The notes: generated by a model from the letters alone, not told the origin. A stretch of 64,000 nt of DNA from Treponemataceae bacterium (GCA_963667725.2 CAXXHO010000003.1:2272001-2336000); one strand, 5' to 3'; positions 28,835-40,033 are shown, counted from the stretch's first letter. Program-made: numbers and translations.

Positions 28835-29862
28835 CGCCTTGGTACGCGATCGTCGCGGCCCTCGCCCTCGACGGACTCATTGGCGATCCACATTATTCGT
28901 TTCACCCGGTCAGGCTCATAGGGCGCGCCGCCGGACGGCTGGAGATTTTCCTCCGGGCGAGGCTGGGCGCAGGGATCGGCGCTGGGCTGGCGGGATGGCT
29001 CATCATAGTCGGAGCCGCCTGCACGGCGGGCATCGCGCTGCCCGGCGTCGCGGCGGCGCTCGCCGCACTTGCCTGCGGCGGGTTCGGGCTCGCGCCCGAA
29101 CCCGCCGCCAAAGCCGCGGCTCTCCTCACGCGGATAATCCTCATTTACACGACGATCGCTCCCCGGGACATGGCCGCCCATGCCCTGCGCGTCGCGACCG
29201 CCCTTGAGGCGCCCGGGATGGACGCGCGGAGCCGCCTGGAAGCCGGCCGCGCCGGCGTATCGAAAATCGTCGGACGCGATGTCGCCCGCCTCGACGAGGA
29301 AGGCGTCATAAAAGCCGCCGTGGAAAGCGTCGCCGAATCCAGTATCGACGGCGTTATCGCGCCCTTGTTCTGGGCTTTGATCGCCGGCGCGCCGGGCGCC
29401 CTCGCCTATCGCGCCATCAACACCCTCGACTCCATGTGGGGCTATAAAAACCAAGACTACCTGCTTTTTGGCCGCGTGGCCGCGCGCGCCGACGATGTGG
29501 CTAACTGGCTCCCGGCCCGCCTGGGTTTCCTCTCAGGTCTCGTCGCTTGCCTCCCTCTTTCCCTGGCGTCGCCCGCCCGCTTCAATCTCAAGACCGCCCT
29601 CAGCCTCGGCTGGCGGGACAGGCGCAACCACGAAAGCCCCAACTCCGCCTGGATGGAATCCCTCACCGCCGGCGCTCTCGGCATCAGGCTGGCCGGCCCC
29701 GCCTGGTATGAAGGACAACGCCTCGAAAAGCCTTTCCTCGGCGAAGCCCGCCGCGCCCCCGAAGTCTCCGATATCGGCCGTTCCGTCGTCATCATGTATT
29801 CGGCGACCGCGGTCTTCACGACAGCAGGCTGTCTCGCCCTGTACGCGCTCTCCCGCGCCTGA
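28831..29862 (+). CDS. cbiB: Adenosylcobinamide-phosphate synthase
   Basis: IGDP...HPV.LIG, IVGRD, ESVAES..DGVIAPLF, YRAINTLDSMWGY, SPNSAW.E. Confidence 0.93.
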   Translation: MTPWYAIVAALALDGLIGDPHYSFHPVRLIGRAAGRLEIFLRARLGAGIGAGLAGWLIIVGAACTAGIALPGVAAALAALACGGFGLAPEPAAKAAALLTRIILIYTTIAPRDMAAHALRVATALEAPGMDARSRLEAGRAGVSKIVGRDVARLDEEGVIKAAVESVAESSIDGVIAPLFWALIAGAPGALAYRAINTLDSMWGYKNQDYLLFGRVAARADDVANWLPARLGFLSGLVACLPLSLASPARFNLKTALSLGWRDRRNHESPNSAWMESLTAGALGIRLAGPAWYEGQRLEKPFLGEARRAPEVSDIGRSVVIMYSATAVFTTAGCLALYALSRA

Positions 29863-29918
29863 CCCGATCGACCCTTAGCCCACTCGCCGCCTATTCCGCT
29901 GATACGCCCGAGAGGGAC

Positions 29919-29984
29919 TTGTCACAACGTAAATCCAGCGGTATATTCTTTTCTATACCCCACCCCTCCAGGGTAGGGTATAGA
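29919..29984 (+). promoter_or_regulatory. csoR-copA promoter and CsoR-type operator
   Basis: TTGTCA-17bp-TATATT (29919-29947); inverted repeat TCTATACCC-CACCC-ctcca-GGGTA-GGGTATAGA (29952-29984) with C/G tracts typical of CsoR sites. Confidence 0.75.
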
Positions 29985-30013
29985 TTCAAGCGAATAGTCC
30001 ATGGAGCGAACAG

Positions 30014-30292
30014 ATGAACCATTGCAGCGCCGAAAGCCAGAAAGCGATCACCCTTCTCAAGACGGCAAGAGGACAGGTGGACGCGGCCATCAGGATGATG
30101 GAGGAAGATCGTTATTGCATCGATGTCTCCAAACAGATTCTCGCCTCCGCCGCCCTCATGAAGAAGGCGAATCTCGTCGTTCTGCGGCAGCATATCGATA
30201 CCTGCGTGAAGGATGCCGTGAACAAAGACAAGGCCCAGGAAAAAATCGAGGAAATCGCCATCATCCTGGAACGCTATCTAGGCGATTCCTGA
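30014..30292 (+). CDS. csoR: Copper-sensing repressor CsoR
   Basis: ARGQV....RMMEEDRYCIDV..QI, HIDTC (C-H-C copper ligands). Confidence 0.92.
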   Translation: MNHCSAESQKAITLLKTARGQVDAAIRMMEEDRYCIDVSKQILASAALMKKANLVVLRQHIDTCVKDAVNKDKAQEKIEEIAIILERYLGDS

Positions 30293-30378
30293 AAGTCTGG
30301 GCGTTTCCAGAAAGCCCATGCGGTTCCTTATCATAAAGAAGCGACGCGCGCCATACCGACGCGAGGAGGATAAGCACA

Positions 30379-32862
30379 ATGATCAAAACCGAAACGCTGG
30401 AACTTCGCGGCATGACATGCTCAGCCTGCGCCGCGGCCAATGAGCGGGCGGTGCGCAAGCTGCCGGGCGTGGCCGAAGCCTCCGTGAACCTGGCCGCGGA
30501 AACGCTCAAGGTGAGGTTCGACGACGCAGAAGCCTCCCTGGAAACCATCAAGGACGCCGTCAAGAAAGCCGGGTATGAAGCGGTGGAGCGCGTCACGGCG
30601 AGGGAAGTTTCCATACCGGTGGGCGGCATGACCTGCACCGCCTGTTCGGCGGCCATCGAGCGCTCCCTGAAAAAGCTCCCCGGCATCCAGATCGCCGCCG
30701 TCAATTTCGCGACGGAAAAAGCCTCGGTGACCTACGACCCTTCCCTGGTGCGTCTCTCCGAGATCAAAGGAGCCATCAAGAAGGCAGGCTACGAGCCTTT
30801 GGCCATGGAAGCTGTATCGGCGGCGAAAATCGACGAGCACAAGGCGGCCAAGGCACGCGAAATCCGCTCGATGTGGACGAAATTCATCGTCTCCGCCGCT
30901 TTTTCCATTCCCCTTCTCTATATAGCGATGGGCCATATGCTCGGCTGGCCTCTTCCGGCGGCCCTCCATCCCATGGATTATCCCCTCCGCTTCGCCCTCA
31001 TCCAGATAGCCCTGGCGATTCCGCCCATCATCGCCGGCCGCCGCTTCTACGTGGTGGGAACAAGGTCCCTTCTCCACGGCGCCCCGAACATGGATAGCCT
31101 CATCGCCATGGGGACGAGCGCGGCCATCCTCTACAGCCTCTTCTCGGTCTTCAGGATAGCCCAGGGCGATTTCGGCGCCGTGGAAGAGCTTTACTTCGAG
31201 ACGGCCGGAATCATCATCACCCTCATACTCCTCGGGAAAACCCTCGAGGCGGTGAGCAAGGGCCGCACTTCGGAATCCATCAAGAAACTGATGGGACTCA
31301 AACCCAGGACGGCGACGGTGCTCCAGGACGGAAAGGAGATCGAACTGCCCATCGACGAGGTCGAGCCGGGCGATATTCTCCTCGTCCGCCCCGGCGAGCG
31401 GGTGCCGGTGGACGGCACTGTCTTGTCCGGAGCGAGCGCCGTGGACGAATCCATGCTCACCGGAGAAAGCATACCGGTCGACAAGGGCCCTGGCTCAGCC
31501 GTCACCGGCGGCACCATCAACAAGAACGGTGCCCTTACCTTCCGCGCCGAGCGTGTCGGCGCCGACACGGCGCTTTCCCGCATCATCAAGCTGGTGGAGG
31601 ACGCCCAGGGATCCAAGGCGCCCATAGCTAGGCTCGCCGACGTGATATCGGGCATTTTCGTGCCTGTCGTCTTTGGCATCGCCGTCCTGTCGGCCGGCGC
31701 CTGGCTAATCGCGGGACACTCGGCCGTCTTCGCCCTCACCATCTTCGTGGCCGTGCTCACCATCGCCTGCCCCTGCGCCCTCGGCCTCGCGACGCCCACA
31801 GCCATCATGGTGGGCACGGGAAAAGGCGCCGAACTGGGCGTCCTCATCAAGTCCGGCGAAGCCCTCGAGACCGCCGGCAAGATCCAGATCGTGGTCTTCG
31901 ACAAAACGGGGACGATCACCGAAGGCAAGCCCGAACTCACCGACATCCTGCCCGTCGAGGGCGTCGCCGAGGAAAGGCTCCTCGCGCTCGCCGCCTCAGC
32001 CGAGAAAGCTTCGGAGCACCCTCTCGGCGAAGCCATCGTGCGCGTGGCCGAAAATCGCGGACTTTCGCTCCCTGTCCCTGAGAGTTTCGCGGCCCTCCCC
32101 GGCCGCGGCATTGAGGCGAAGATCGAGGGAAAGTCCTTCGTTTTCGGGAACACGCGCCTCATGGCGGAACGAGGGGTGGCGCTCGAAAAACTCAGCGCGA
32201 CAGCCGGCGCCCTGGCCTCCGCGGGTAAAACGCCCATGTTCGCGGCTTTCGACGGCGCCCTCATGGGACTCATCGCCGTGGCCGACATCGTGAAGCCGCA
32301 GAGCGCGGCAGCCATCGCCCGCCTTCACGCCATGGGCATCGAAACGGCGATGATCACCGGCGATTCCCGACCGACCGCGGAAGCCATCGCCCGCGAAGTC
32401 GGCATCGATCACATCCTCGCCGAAGTTCTTCCCGGCGACAAGGCCGATGAAGTGAGGAAGCTGCAGGCCAGCGGGAAAAAAGTGGCCATGGTGGGCGATG
32501 GGATCAACGACGCTCCCGCCCTCGCCCAGGCCGATGTGGGCATCGCCATCGGCACGGGGACCGACGTGGCCATGGAAAGCGCCGACATTGTCCTCATGCA
32601 CAGCAACCTGATGGACGTGCCCACGGCTATCTCGCTTTCAAAAGGCGTGATGCGAAACATTAGGCAGAACCTCTTCTGGGCTTTCGGCTACAACGTTCTC
32701 GGCATCCCCGTCGCGGCGGGCCTGCTCTACGCCTTCGGCGGTCCCCTGCTTTCGCCCATCATCGCGGCCGCGGCCATGTCGATGAGCTCGGTTTCCGTCC
32801 TGACCAACGCGCTCAGACTTCGGCGCTTCCGGGCCGGCAAGATTCAAGCCCCGAGCACTTGA
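30379..32862 (+). CDS. copA: Cu(I)-translocating P1B-type ATPase
   Basis: Two GMTCxxC HMA domains, [33 protein letters not shown] and MxxSS motifs. Confidence 0.95.
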   Translation: MIKTETLELRGMTCSACAAANERAVRKLPGVAEASVNLAAETLKVRFDDAEASLETIKDAVKKAGYEAVERVTAREVSIPVGGMTCTACSAAIERSLKKLPGIQIAAVNFATEKASVTYDPSLVRLSEIKGAIKKAGYEPLAMEAVSAAKIDEHKAAKAREIRSMWTKFIVSAAFSIPLLYIAMGHMLGWPLPAALHPMDYPLRFALIQIALAIPPIIAGRRFYVVGTRSLLHGAPNMDSLIAMGTSAAILYSLFSVFRIAQGDFGAVEELYFETAGIIITLILLGKTLEAVSKGRTSESIKKLMGLKPRTATVLQDGKEIELPIDEVEPGDILLVRPGERVPVDGTVLSGASAVDESMLTGESIPVDKGPGSAVTGGTINKNGALTFRAERVGADTALSRIIKLVEDAQGSKAPIARLADVISGIFVPVVFGIAVLSAGAWLIAGHSAVFALTIFVAVLTIACPCALGLATPTAIMVGTGKGAELGVLIKSGEALETAGKIQIVVFDKTGTITEGKPELTDILPVEGVAEERLLALAASAEKASEHPLGEAIVRVAENRGLSLPVPESFAALPGRGIEAKIEGKSFVFGNTRLMAERGVALEKLSATAGALASAGKTPMFAAFDGALMGLIAVADIVKPQSAAAIARLHAMGIETAMITGDSRPTAEAIAREVGIDHILAEVLPGDKADEVRKLQASGKKVAMVGDGINDAPALAQADVGIAIGTGTDVAMESADIVLMHSNLMDVPTAISLSKGVMRNIRQNLFWAFGYNVLGIPVAAGLLYAFGGPLLSPIIAAAAMSMSSVSVLTNALRLRRFRAGKIQAPST

Positions 32863-32956
32863 ATCGGCCCGAAAATTCCTTATATTTCAGGTAGATGGCA
32901 AGAAATGGAAGTATCTGGTTTCGGCCGGAATAAATGCGAATAAACAAGGAGAGAGT

Positions 32957-33166
32957 ATGCGAAAATTATTGAAGATTGAAGGCATGTCCTGCGGGCATTG
33001 CGTCATGCACGTCCAGTCGGCGCTGGAAGCCGTCCCGGGCGTCAAATCGGCCAAGGTCGACCTTCTCGAACGCTCCGCCATGGTCGAAGGCGATGCGTTG
33101 AGCGATCAGGCGATGAGGGCCGCCGTAGCCGACGCCGGCTACAAAGTGGTTTCCATAATGCCCTGA
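32957..33166 (+). CDS. copZ: Copper chaperone
   Basis: GMSCGHC HMA domain, 69 aa, AAGGAG RBS. Confidence 0.9.
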   Translation: MRKLLKIEGMSCGHCVMHVQSALEAVPGVKSAKVDLLERSAMVEGDALSDQAMRAAVADAGYKVVSIMP

Positions 33167-33207
33167 GGGCTTCCCGTAAAAATGAACCCAGTTTATCTCC
33201 GTACATG

Positions 33208-33242
33208 AAAAGTCCGCGCCTTGCCGCGCGGACTTTTTTTTT
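33208..33242 (+). terminator. Intrinsic terminator of the cop operon
   Basis: AAAAGTCCGCGC-loop-GCGCGGACTTTTTTTTT. Confidence 0.85.
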
Positions 33243-33284
33243 ATACATTTCAACGATACACAATACAATAAGGCGATATCGATA

Positions 33285-33911
33285 ATGGCCGATCCGTACA
33301 CGATTCTTGGAGTCTTGCCCGACAGCTCCGCTGAGGAAATCTCGAAAGCGTATCGCAAACTGGCAAAAAAATATCATCCCGATGTCAATCAAGGCAACCC
33401 GGAAGCGGCGAAAAAGATGAGCGAAATCAATGCCGCCTACCAACAGATCAAGAGCGGCTCTCTGTCTCCCGATCAGCCGAACGAACCCTCCGATTTCGGC
33501 TTCGACCCATTCGAGACGTTTTTCGGCGGCTTCGGTTACCGGGGAAGCGGCCAGGGGCAAGCGACGTTTCAAATGGTGGAGAACTACATCCGCTCGGGTT
33601 ATTATCCGCAAGCCCTTGCGATCTTGGACGCGATCGCCGATAAAGACGCCCGATGGTACTACTACAGCGCGGTGGCGAATTCTGGCATCGGCAATATGAC
33701 AGCGGCGCTGGAGCATGCCAGGATAGCCGCGCGGATGGAGCCGGACAATCAGGAATACCGGCGCGTGCTGGAGACGATACAGAACAGCCCATCGATGTAC
33801 GGACGGAGGGAAAGCCCTGTCGGCAAACCCCTGCACATTGTACGAAACATCGCTTTCGCGATACTCATCTGGAATTTCCTGACCCTGTTTTTCGGTCGAC
33901 TTTTCTTCTGA
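33285..33911 (+). CDS. J-domain protein with TPR-like helices and a C-terminal membrane anchor
   Basis: DPY.ILGV, AYRKLAKKYHPD, A.WYYYSA...A..MEPDN.EY, hydrophobic C-terminus. Confidence 0.85.
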   Translation: MADPYTILGVLPDSSAEEISKAYRKLAKKYHPDVNQGNPEAAKKMSEINAAYQQIKSGSLSPDQPNEPSDFGFDPFETFFGGFGYRGSGQGQATFQMVENYIRSGYYPQALAILDAIADKDARWYYYSAVANSGIGNMTAALEHARIAARMEPDNQEYRRVLETIQNSPSMYGRRESPVGKPLHIVRNIAFAILIWNFLTLFFGRLFF

Positions 33912-33961
33912 ATTCGATAAAAGTCATCGCGTTCGCGGTACATCATTAAGGAGTTTTGGGG

Positions 33962-34372
33962 ATGGATAAAATCAGGTACGCGCTGACGCGTTTCATGGCC
34001 GGAAGATATGGCGTCGACGAGCTGTACAAGGCTTCGAATGCCCTATGTCTCGTTTTGATCGTTGTCGGCGCGTTTTTCAGGTCGCCCATTTTAAGCACGG
34101 TCCTATGGCTGTTCATGCTCTGGTCGATCTTCAGGTCGTTCTCGAAAAATATCGAGAAAAGACGACGCGAGAACGAAAAATACCTGTCTCTCACGAAGCC
34201 GGCGAGAAAGCGGCTTTCACGTCTGGAACGAAGGATCAAGAATATCCGAGCATTTCGTTTCCGCACCTGCCCGCGCTGCAAAGCCTTTATCCAAATGCCG
34301 CGCGCGAAGGGAAAGCGTCTCATCAATTGTCCCCGCTGCCATAATGAATTCGAAACGCGCATAATTCTATAG
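33962..34372 (+). CDS. Conserved hypothetical membrane protein with C-terminal zinc ribbon
   Basis: FM.GRYG.DEL, two TM segments, RSFSKN..KR..EN, CPRC...CPRC; AAGGAG RBS. Confidence 0.75.
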   Translation: MDKIRYALTRFMAGRYGVDELYKASNALCLVLIVVGAFFRSPILSTVLWLFMLWSIFRSFSKNIEKRRRENEKYLSLTKPARKRLSRLERRIKNIRAFRFRTCPRCKAFIQMPRAKGKRLINCPRCHNEFETRIIL

Positions 34373-34376
34373 CGAT

Positions 34377-34410
34377 AAAAAAGCCCGCACATATCGTGCG
34401 GGCTTTTTTT
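34377..34410. terminator. Bidirectional intrinsic terminator
   Basis: AAAAAAGCCCGCAC-ATATC-GTGCGGGCTTTTTTT between convergent genes. Confidence 0.88.
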
Positions 34411-34474
34411 GCCAGGCTCTTAGTAATGCAAAGCCGGCAGGGCATGCCCCTTCAGGCTATTCGAGCCAGGCTGT

Positions 34475-35611
34475 TCAGGCGCCGGCCACTTCCGAAAGCT
34501 TCACGGCCTGAGGTTCGGCGTTTTCGCCTTCAATGCCGCGCAGCTCCTCGAGAAGTTCCTTGCCCTTCCTCGACAGGCGCGCGGGAATCTGCACGAGAAC
34601 CTTGATATAGAGATCGCCCTTGCGGCCCGACGAACTCGGTACTCCCTCCTCCCTTACGCGGAGAAGTTTGCCATGCTGCGTCCCGGCCGGAATGCTCAAC
34701 TTGATCTTCTTGCCGTCGAGCGTGTTGACGACGACATCGCCGCCCAAGGCCGCCGTGGTCATGTCGATCCGAACGGCGCAATAGAGATCCTGTTCGTGTC
34801 GTTCAAAAAATTCATGACTGCGGACATGAATGAATACATAGAGGTCGCCGGGGGCTCCCGCGTTGGGCCCAACGTCGCCCTGGCTGGGTATCGTCACGCG
34901 CTTGCCGTCGTCCACCCCGGGAGGGATGGTCACCTTGATTTTCTGCTTTTTCTTGGCGATACCCGATCCGCTGCAGTCGCGGCAAGGCTTGTCGATGACG
35001 GAGCCCTCGCCGTTGCAGGTGGGGCAGGGCTGGGAGATGGAGAAGAAGCCCGAGCTTCTGCGCACCTGTCCGGAACCCTTGCACATGCCGCAGACCTTGC
35101 GGCCCGAACCATCGGCCGAGCCTGAGCCGCCGCAGGTCTTGCAGGTATCGTCCCTGGAATAGGCGATTTCCACGGTCGTGCCGTAGATGGCCTTTTCAAA
35201 AGGAAGCTCAATATCGTACCTGAGATTCGATCCGCGGTGAGGCCGGTCCGATCGGCGATCCCCGGCGAATCCACCGCCGGAGTTTCCGAAAATGGAACCG
35301 AAAATCGAGGAAAAATCCCCGAAGCCGCCAAAAATATCCTCAAAATCCCTAAAGATCGTGGAATCAGGCTGACCGCCGCCCATACCCTCGACGCCAGCGA
35401 ATCCAAACTGGTCGTAAGCCGGCCTTTTCTGTTCGTCGCCGAGCACCTCGTAGGCTTCGGTGGCTTCCTTGAACTTTTCCTCAGCCGCCTTGTCCCCGGG
35501 GTTCTTGTCGGGATGGAATTGTATGGCTAGCTTCCTGTACGCCCTTTTGATGTCGTCCTTGGTCGCGTCTTTCTGTACTCCAAGAACCTCGTAATAATCT
35601 CGCTTCGCCAC
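34475..35611 (-). CDS. dnaJ: Chaperone DnaJ
   Basis: J domain with HPD, G/F region, four CxxCxGxG repeats; GTG start. Confidence 0.97.
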   Translation of the reverse strand: MAKRDYYEVLGVQKDATKDDIKRAYRKLAIQFHPDKNPGDKAAEEKFKEATEAYEVLGDEQKRPAYDQFGFAGVEGMGGGQPDSTIFRDFEDIFGGFGDFSSIFGSIFGNSGGGFAGDRRSDRPHRGSNLRYDIELPFEKAIYGTTVEIAYSRDDTCKTCGGSGSADGSGRKVCGMCKGSGQVRRSSGFFSISQPCPTCNGEGSVIDKPCRDCSGSGIAKKKQKIKVTIPPGVDDGKRVTIPSQGDVGPNAGAPGDLYVFIHVRSHEFFERHEQDLYCAVRIDMTTAALGGDVVVNTLDGKKIKLSIPAGTQHGKLLRVREEGVPSSSGRKGDLYIKVLVQIPARLSRKGKELLEELRGIEGENAEPQAVKLSEVAGA

Positions 35612-35638
35612 TTAAGCTATCCTCGACTGAAAGAGTTT

Positions 35639-35670
35639 AAAAACATGGCGCCCCCTCTCGGGGCGCCCAT
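35639..35670 (-). terminator. Hairpin between dnaK and dnaJ (attenuating terminator or stabiliser)
   Basis: GGCGCCCC-GAGAG-GGGGCGCC followed by ATGTTTTT on the minus strand. Confidence 0.55.
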
Positions 35671-35676
35671 TTATGT

Positions 35677-37635
35677 CTATTTCTTGTCCTCGTCGTCCAC
35701 TACTTTGTAATCGACGTCGTCCGCGGTCTTCGTGCCCTCGTCCTGGCCGGGTGAGCCCTGACCGTCGGCCGGGCCGCCGAAACCGGGGCCAGCGTTCGGT
35801 CCCTGGCCCTGGCCTGCCGCGCCCTGAGCGCTCTGCGCGTTCTTGTACAGTTCCTCGGAAAGCTTGTAGGAAGCCTGCTTCAGCGCCTCGGTCTTCTGCT
35901 TGAGCGCCTCGACGTCGGAACCCTCCATGGCCTTCTTCAGGTCCTTGACCGCCGTCTCGATATTCTGCTTCTCGCCGGGACCGGCCTTGTCGCCGTATTC
36001 CTTGAGAGCCTTTTCGGTCTGATAAATCAGCGCGTCAGCCTCGTTCCTCGCGTCCACGCGCTCGCGTTCCTTCCGGTCCTCGTCGGCATGGGCTTCGGCT
36101 TCGCGCACCATCTTCTCGATATCGCCTTCGTTGAGGCCGCTGGAAGCCTCGATCCTGATTTTCTGTTCCTTGCCGGTGCCCAGGTCCTTCGCCGACACGT
36201 GCACGATGCCGTTCGCGTCGATATCGAAGGTGACCTCGACCTGCGGAATGCCGCGGGGGGCCGGGGGGATGCCCACAAGATCGAATCTGCCCAGCGTCCT
36301 GTCCTGGCTGGCCATTTCGCGCTCGCCCTGGAGGACATGGATGGAAACCGCCGTCTGTCCATCGGCAGCCGTGGAGAAGATCTGGCTCTTGCGGCAGGGG
36401 ATGGTCGTATTACGGGGAATGAGCTTGGTGAAAACGCCGCCCAGGGTTTCGATGCCGAGGGAAAGCGGGGTCACGTCGAGAAGGAGAACGTCCTTCACGT
36501 CGCCGCCCAGGATGCCGCCCTGAATGGCCGCGCCGACGGCGACGGCTTCATCCGGGTTGACGCCCATGGAAGGCTCTTTGCCGAAAATTTCCTTGACTAC
36601 CTGCTTGACCTTGGGCGTCCTGGTGGAGCCGCCGACGAGGATGACCTCGTCGATCTTGTCCACGGTGAGCCCCGCGTCGGCGATAGCCTTGCGGCAGGGT
36701 TCCTTGGTCCTCTCGAAGAGATCTTCGCACATCTGCTCGAATTTGGCCCTGGAAAGGGATTTCTGGAGATGCTTGGGACCAGAGGCGTCGGCGGTGATGA
36801 AGGGCAGGTTGATATCGGCCTGCATGACGTTCGAGAGCTCGATCTTGGCCTTCTCGGCCGCTTCCCTCAGGCGCTGCAGAGCCATGCGGTCCTTGGAGAG
36901 GTCGATGCCTGAATCTTTCTTGAACTCATCGACCAGCCACTGGGTGACCCTGAGATCGAAGTCGTCGCCGCCCAGGTGGGTATCGCCGTTGGTCGACTTG
37001 ACCTCGAAGACGCCCTCGCCCAGTTCGAGGATGGAAATATCGAAGGTACCGCCGCCGAGGTCGTACACGGCGATAGTTCTTTCTTTCTTCTGGTCCTTGT
37101 TGAAGCCATAGGCGAGGCTGGCCGCCGTCGGCTCGTTGATGATGCGCTTTACCTCGAGACCGGCGATCTTGCCCGCGTCCTTGGTAGCCTGACGCTGGGA
37201 GTCGTTGAAGTATGCCGGAACCGTGATGACGGCTTCGGTGACGGGCTCACCCAGGTAATCCTCGGCGGTCTTCTTCATTTTTTGGAGAATGAAGGCGCTG
37301 ATCTCCTGGGGACTGTATTTCTTGCCCTGGATATCGACGCGCACGTCGTTGCCGTTGTCGGAGACATTGAAGGGAACCATCTTGATTTCCGACTGGACTT
37401 CCGCGAAACGGCGTCCCATGAAACGCTTGATGGAGTAGACAGTGTTCTCGGCGTTGGTGATCATCTGGTTCTTAGCCGGCTGACCTACGACGCGCTCTCC
37501 CTTCGCGGTGAAACCTACGATAGACGGCGTTGTCCGCTGCCCCTCGGAATTGGAAATGACGATCGGCTCGCCGCCCTCCATCACCGAGACGCAAGAGTTT
37601 GTCGTTCCAAGATCGATGCCTATAATCCTACCCAT
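35677..37635 (-). CDS. dnaK: Chaperone DnaK (Hsp70)
   Basis: [32 protein letters not shown]. Confidence 0.98.
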   Translation of the reverse strand: MGRIIGIDLGTTNSCVSVMEGGEPIVISNSEGQRTTPSIVGFTAKGERVVGQPAKNQMITNAENTVYSIKRFMGRRFAEVQSEIKMVPFNVSDNGNDVRVDIQGKKYSPQEISAFILQKMKKTAEDYLGEPVTEAVITVPAYFNDSQRQATKDAGKIAGLEVKRIINEPTAASLAYGFNKDQKKERTIAVYDLGGGTFDISILELGEGVFEVKSTNGDTHLGGDDFDLRVTQWLVDEFKKDSGIDLSKDRMALQRLREAAEKAKIELSNVMQADINLPFITADASGPKHLQKSLSRAKFEQMCEDLFERTKEPCRKAIADAGLTVDKIDEVILVGGSTRTPKVKQVVKEIFGKEPSMGVNPDEAVAVGAAIQGGILGGDVKDVLLLDVTPLSLGIETLGGVFTKLIPRNTTIPCRKSQIFSTAADGQTAVSIHVLQGEREMASQDRTLGRFDLVGIPPAPRGIPQVEVTFDIDANGIVHVSAKDLGTGKEQKIRIEASSGLNEGDIEKMVREAEAHADEDRKERERVDARNEADALIYQTEKALKEYGDKAGPGEKQNIETAVKDLKKAMEGSDVEALKQKTEALKQASYKLSEELYKNAQSAQGAAGQGQGPNAGPGFGGPADGQGSPGQDEGTKTADDVDYKVVDDEDKK

Positions 37636-37665
37636 ATTATTTTCTCCTTCCTAAAACTTTCTTTA

Positions 37666-38409
37666 TCAAGCCTGGTCTGCCTTGGCGGCTGAACCGGCGC
37701 CATCGCTTCCCGCTTTCTCGCCCGCCGCATCGGAGGGGCCGGCGGACCTTCCAGGAGCGGGAATTCTCACCCTCACCTTGGCAGTCCTCAGGATCCTGTC
37801 GTGCAGGGAGTAGCCCGGAAGATACTCGTCCGCGACCATCGGATCCTCGATATCGGCGGGCTCGGCGAACACCGCCTCATGACGGTTCGGATCGAAGAGG
37901 GTTCCCTTCGATTCGAATCTCTTTAGAGCATACTTATTTTCCAGCATCTGCGACAACTGTTTTCTGATGAGGATGACGCCTTCGCTGAGCTGTTCGTAGT
38001 TTTTCGTGCTCTCGACGCTGGCGATTCCGCGGTCGAAATCGTCCAGAACGGGAATCAGGTCGCCGAGTAGGGAAGCCACGGCGTATTTCTGCGCCTCTTC
38101 CTTTTCCCTGATCATGCGCTTTCTGAAATTCACCTCATCGGCAAGCTTTCTGAGGTATTTCTCGTTCAGCTGATCCACCTCCTCGCGCAGCGAGGCAACC
38201 TGGGCGCGGGCAGCTTCCAGCTCGGCGGTCAGGGAAGCGGAGGGATTTTCGCTTCCCGAGGGTTCGTTGACCCTGCTTTCAGAAGCGGGGCCAGCGGTCG
38301 GCTGGACTGAACCCGCGGCGGCATCGGGAGCGACCGAGGCACCCTTCGGGTTCTCGGAGGAAGCGGTATTCTCCCCATGCATCTTTGAATCATTTCTGTG
38401 TTTGGACAT
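37666..38409 (-). CDS. grpE: Nucleotide exchange factor GrpE
   Basis: YLRKLAD..NFRKR, FDPNRHEAV, GY.LHDRILR.AKV; upstream of dnaK. Confidence 0.95.
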   Translation of the reverse strand: MSKHRNDSKMHGENTASSENPKGASVAPDAAAGSVQPTAGPASESRVNEPSGSENPSASLTAELEAARAQVASLREEVDQLNEKYLRKLADEVNFRKRMIREKEEAQKYAVASLLGDLIPVLDDFDRGIASVESTKNYEQLSEGVILIRKQLSQMLENKYALKRFESKGTLFDPNRHEAVFAEPADIEDPMVADEYLPGYSLHDRILRTAKVRVRIPAPGRSAGPSDAAGEKAGSDGAGSAAKADQA

Positions 38410-38615
38410 CTTCCTACCTTGCGGAGTATTGAATTGTAAATCAAGCGTACGCCTATAAAATAATAAGACTTGGCGCGACCGTCAATAATCCGCGACCGAT
38501 ATCGGAGCGCTTCCATACGGAACACTGGGCTTGTCGGCAGGTTGCATCGAAACATCTCGGCTTCATATTGACATTGTCGCATTGTACCTTACATTTACAG
38601 GTATAGGAGAATTCA

Positions 38616-39995
38616 GTGCAGGTACAACGACCGGTTCTGGTCGCGGAACAGCGTCAGAAGCTCAACCCCCGAATGCTTCAGTCGATCAAGATCCTCGCGA
38701 TGCCGATCGCGGAATTGACCGAAGAAATCCAGGCGGAACTTGAGGTCAATCCCGCCCTCGAAATTCTCGACGACAGGACCGAAGTCTCTCTCGAAACCTT
38801 CGCGGAGGACAAGGCGGAAGCCGCCCCCGACGCCTGGGAAGACGAGAATGCCGATTTCAGCTACACCTCATCCTACGAAAACGAAGATTCCAAGAGAAAG
38901 TTCCTGGAAGGCGCCATCTTCCTGCCGGAAACCCTCCAGGACCACCTTCTCGCCCAGCTTCGCATCCTCCCCCTGCCCCCAGCGAAAAGAGAACTGGGCG
39001 AAAGGCTCATCCAGAACCTGGACGACAACGGCTTCCATCGCAGCGATCCGGCGGAGCTTTGCCCCACCTGCTCAAGTGAGGAGATCGAAGAGGCGATGGA
39101 CATCGTCAGGAGACTCGATCCCAGCGGGACCTGCGCCACCGACTATAAGGAAAGCCTCCTCGTGCAGGCGGCCCAGGATCCAGAAGCGCCGAAAGGCACC
39201 ATCGAAGCCCTGCGCGACCACCTCGACAACCTCGAAAAAGGAAAATACGCGGAGATAAGGAAAAGCCTCAAGCTCAAGGATTCCCAGTTCGACACCGTGC
39301 TCGCCTACATAAAAACCCTTTCGCCCTTCCCCGGAAGACTGTTTTCCACCGAAAGGACGCGCTATGTCATACCCGACCTGGCCATACGGATCGAAGACAA
39401 CGAATTCGTCATCGAACTCAACGACGAGATAATCCCCGTTCTGGGCATAAACCCCTTTTTCTCGGAGATCTCGGCGAAAAAAGGCGGCGAAAAGGACACG
39501 GTCAGCTTCGTCAAGGAAAACATAGAAAAGGCGAAGTTCTTCATCGGCAGCATCCAGCAGAGAAACGCCACCCTCATCAAGGTGGCCAAGGCCATCGTGA
39601 AGTTCCAGACCGAGTTTTTCATCGAAGGACCGATGGCCATGAAGCCGCTTACCCTCAAGGATGTGGCCGAAGAAGTGGGCGTGCACGAAACCACGGTGTC
39701 GAGATTGGCGAACGGCAAGTATGTTCAGACGGAATGGGGTATATTTGAACTGAGGCGCTTTTTCACGAACGCCGTTTCCTCGACCTCGTCGACATCGGGC
39801 ACGCATTCGAAAGAAGGCGTCAAGGCTACACTCAGGGAAATCCTGGAATCAGAAAGCGGCGACAATGCCGCCCTTTCGGACAGGGAACTGGTGGAGATTC
39901 TCGCCGGGCGCGGCATAAAGATAGCGCGCCGGACGGTGGCTAAATATAGGGGCGAGCTGGATATGGATTCATCGTTCAGCCGCCGGAAACACTGA
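38616..39995 (+). CDS. rpoN: RNA polymerase sigma-54 factor
   Basis: Q-rich N-terminus, NPALE, HETTVSR, RpoN box ARRTVAKYR; GTG start with AGGAG RBS. Confidence 0.96.
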   Translation: MQVQRPVLVAEQRQKLNPRMLQSIKILAMPIAELTEEIQAELEVNPALEILDDRTEVSLETFAEDKAEAAPDAWEDENADFSYTSSYENEDSKRKFLEGAIFLPETLQDHLLAQLRILPLPPAKRELGERLIQNLDDNGFHRSDPAELCPTCSSEEIEEAMDIVRRLDPSGTCATDYKESLLVQAAQDPEAPKGTIEALRDHLDNLEKGKYAEIRKSLKLKDSQFDTVLAYIKTLSPFPGRLFSTERTRYVIPDLAIRIEDNEFVIELNDEIIPVLGINPFFSEISAKKGGEKDTVSFVKENIEKAKFFIGSIQQRNATLIKVAKAIVKFQTEFFIEGPMAMKPLTLKDVAEEVGVHETTVSRLANGKYVQTEWGIFELRRFFTNAVSSTSSTSGTHSKEGVKATLREILESESGDNAALSDRELVEILAGRGIKIARRTVAKYRGELDMDSSFSRRKH

Positions 39996-40033
39996 ACGCG
40001 GCTTGAGCCGCGCGACTATCACAGGAGGTGCCC

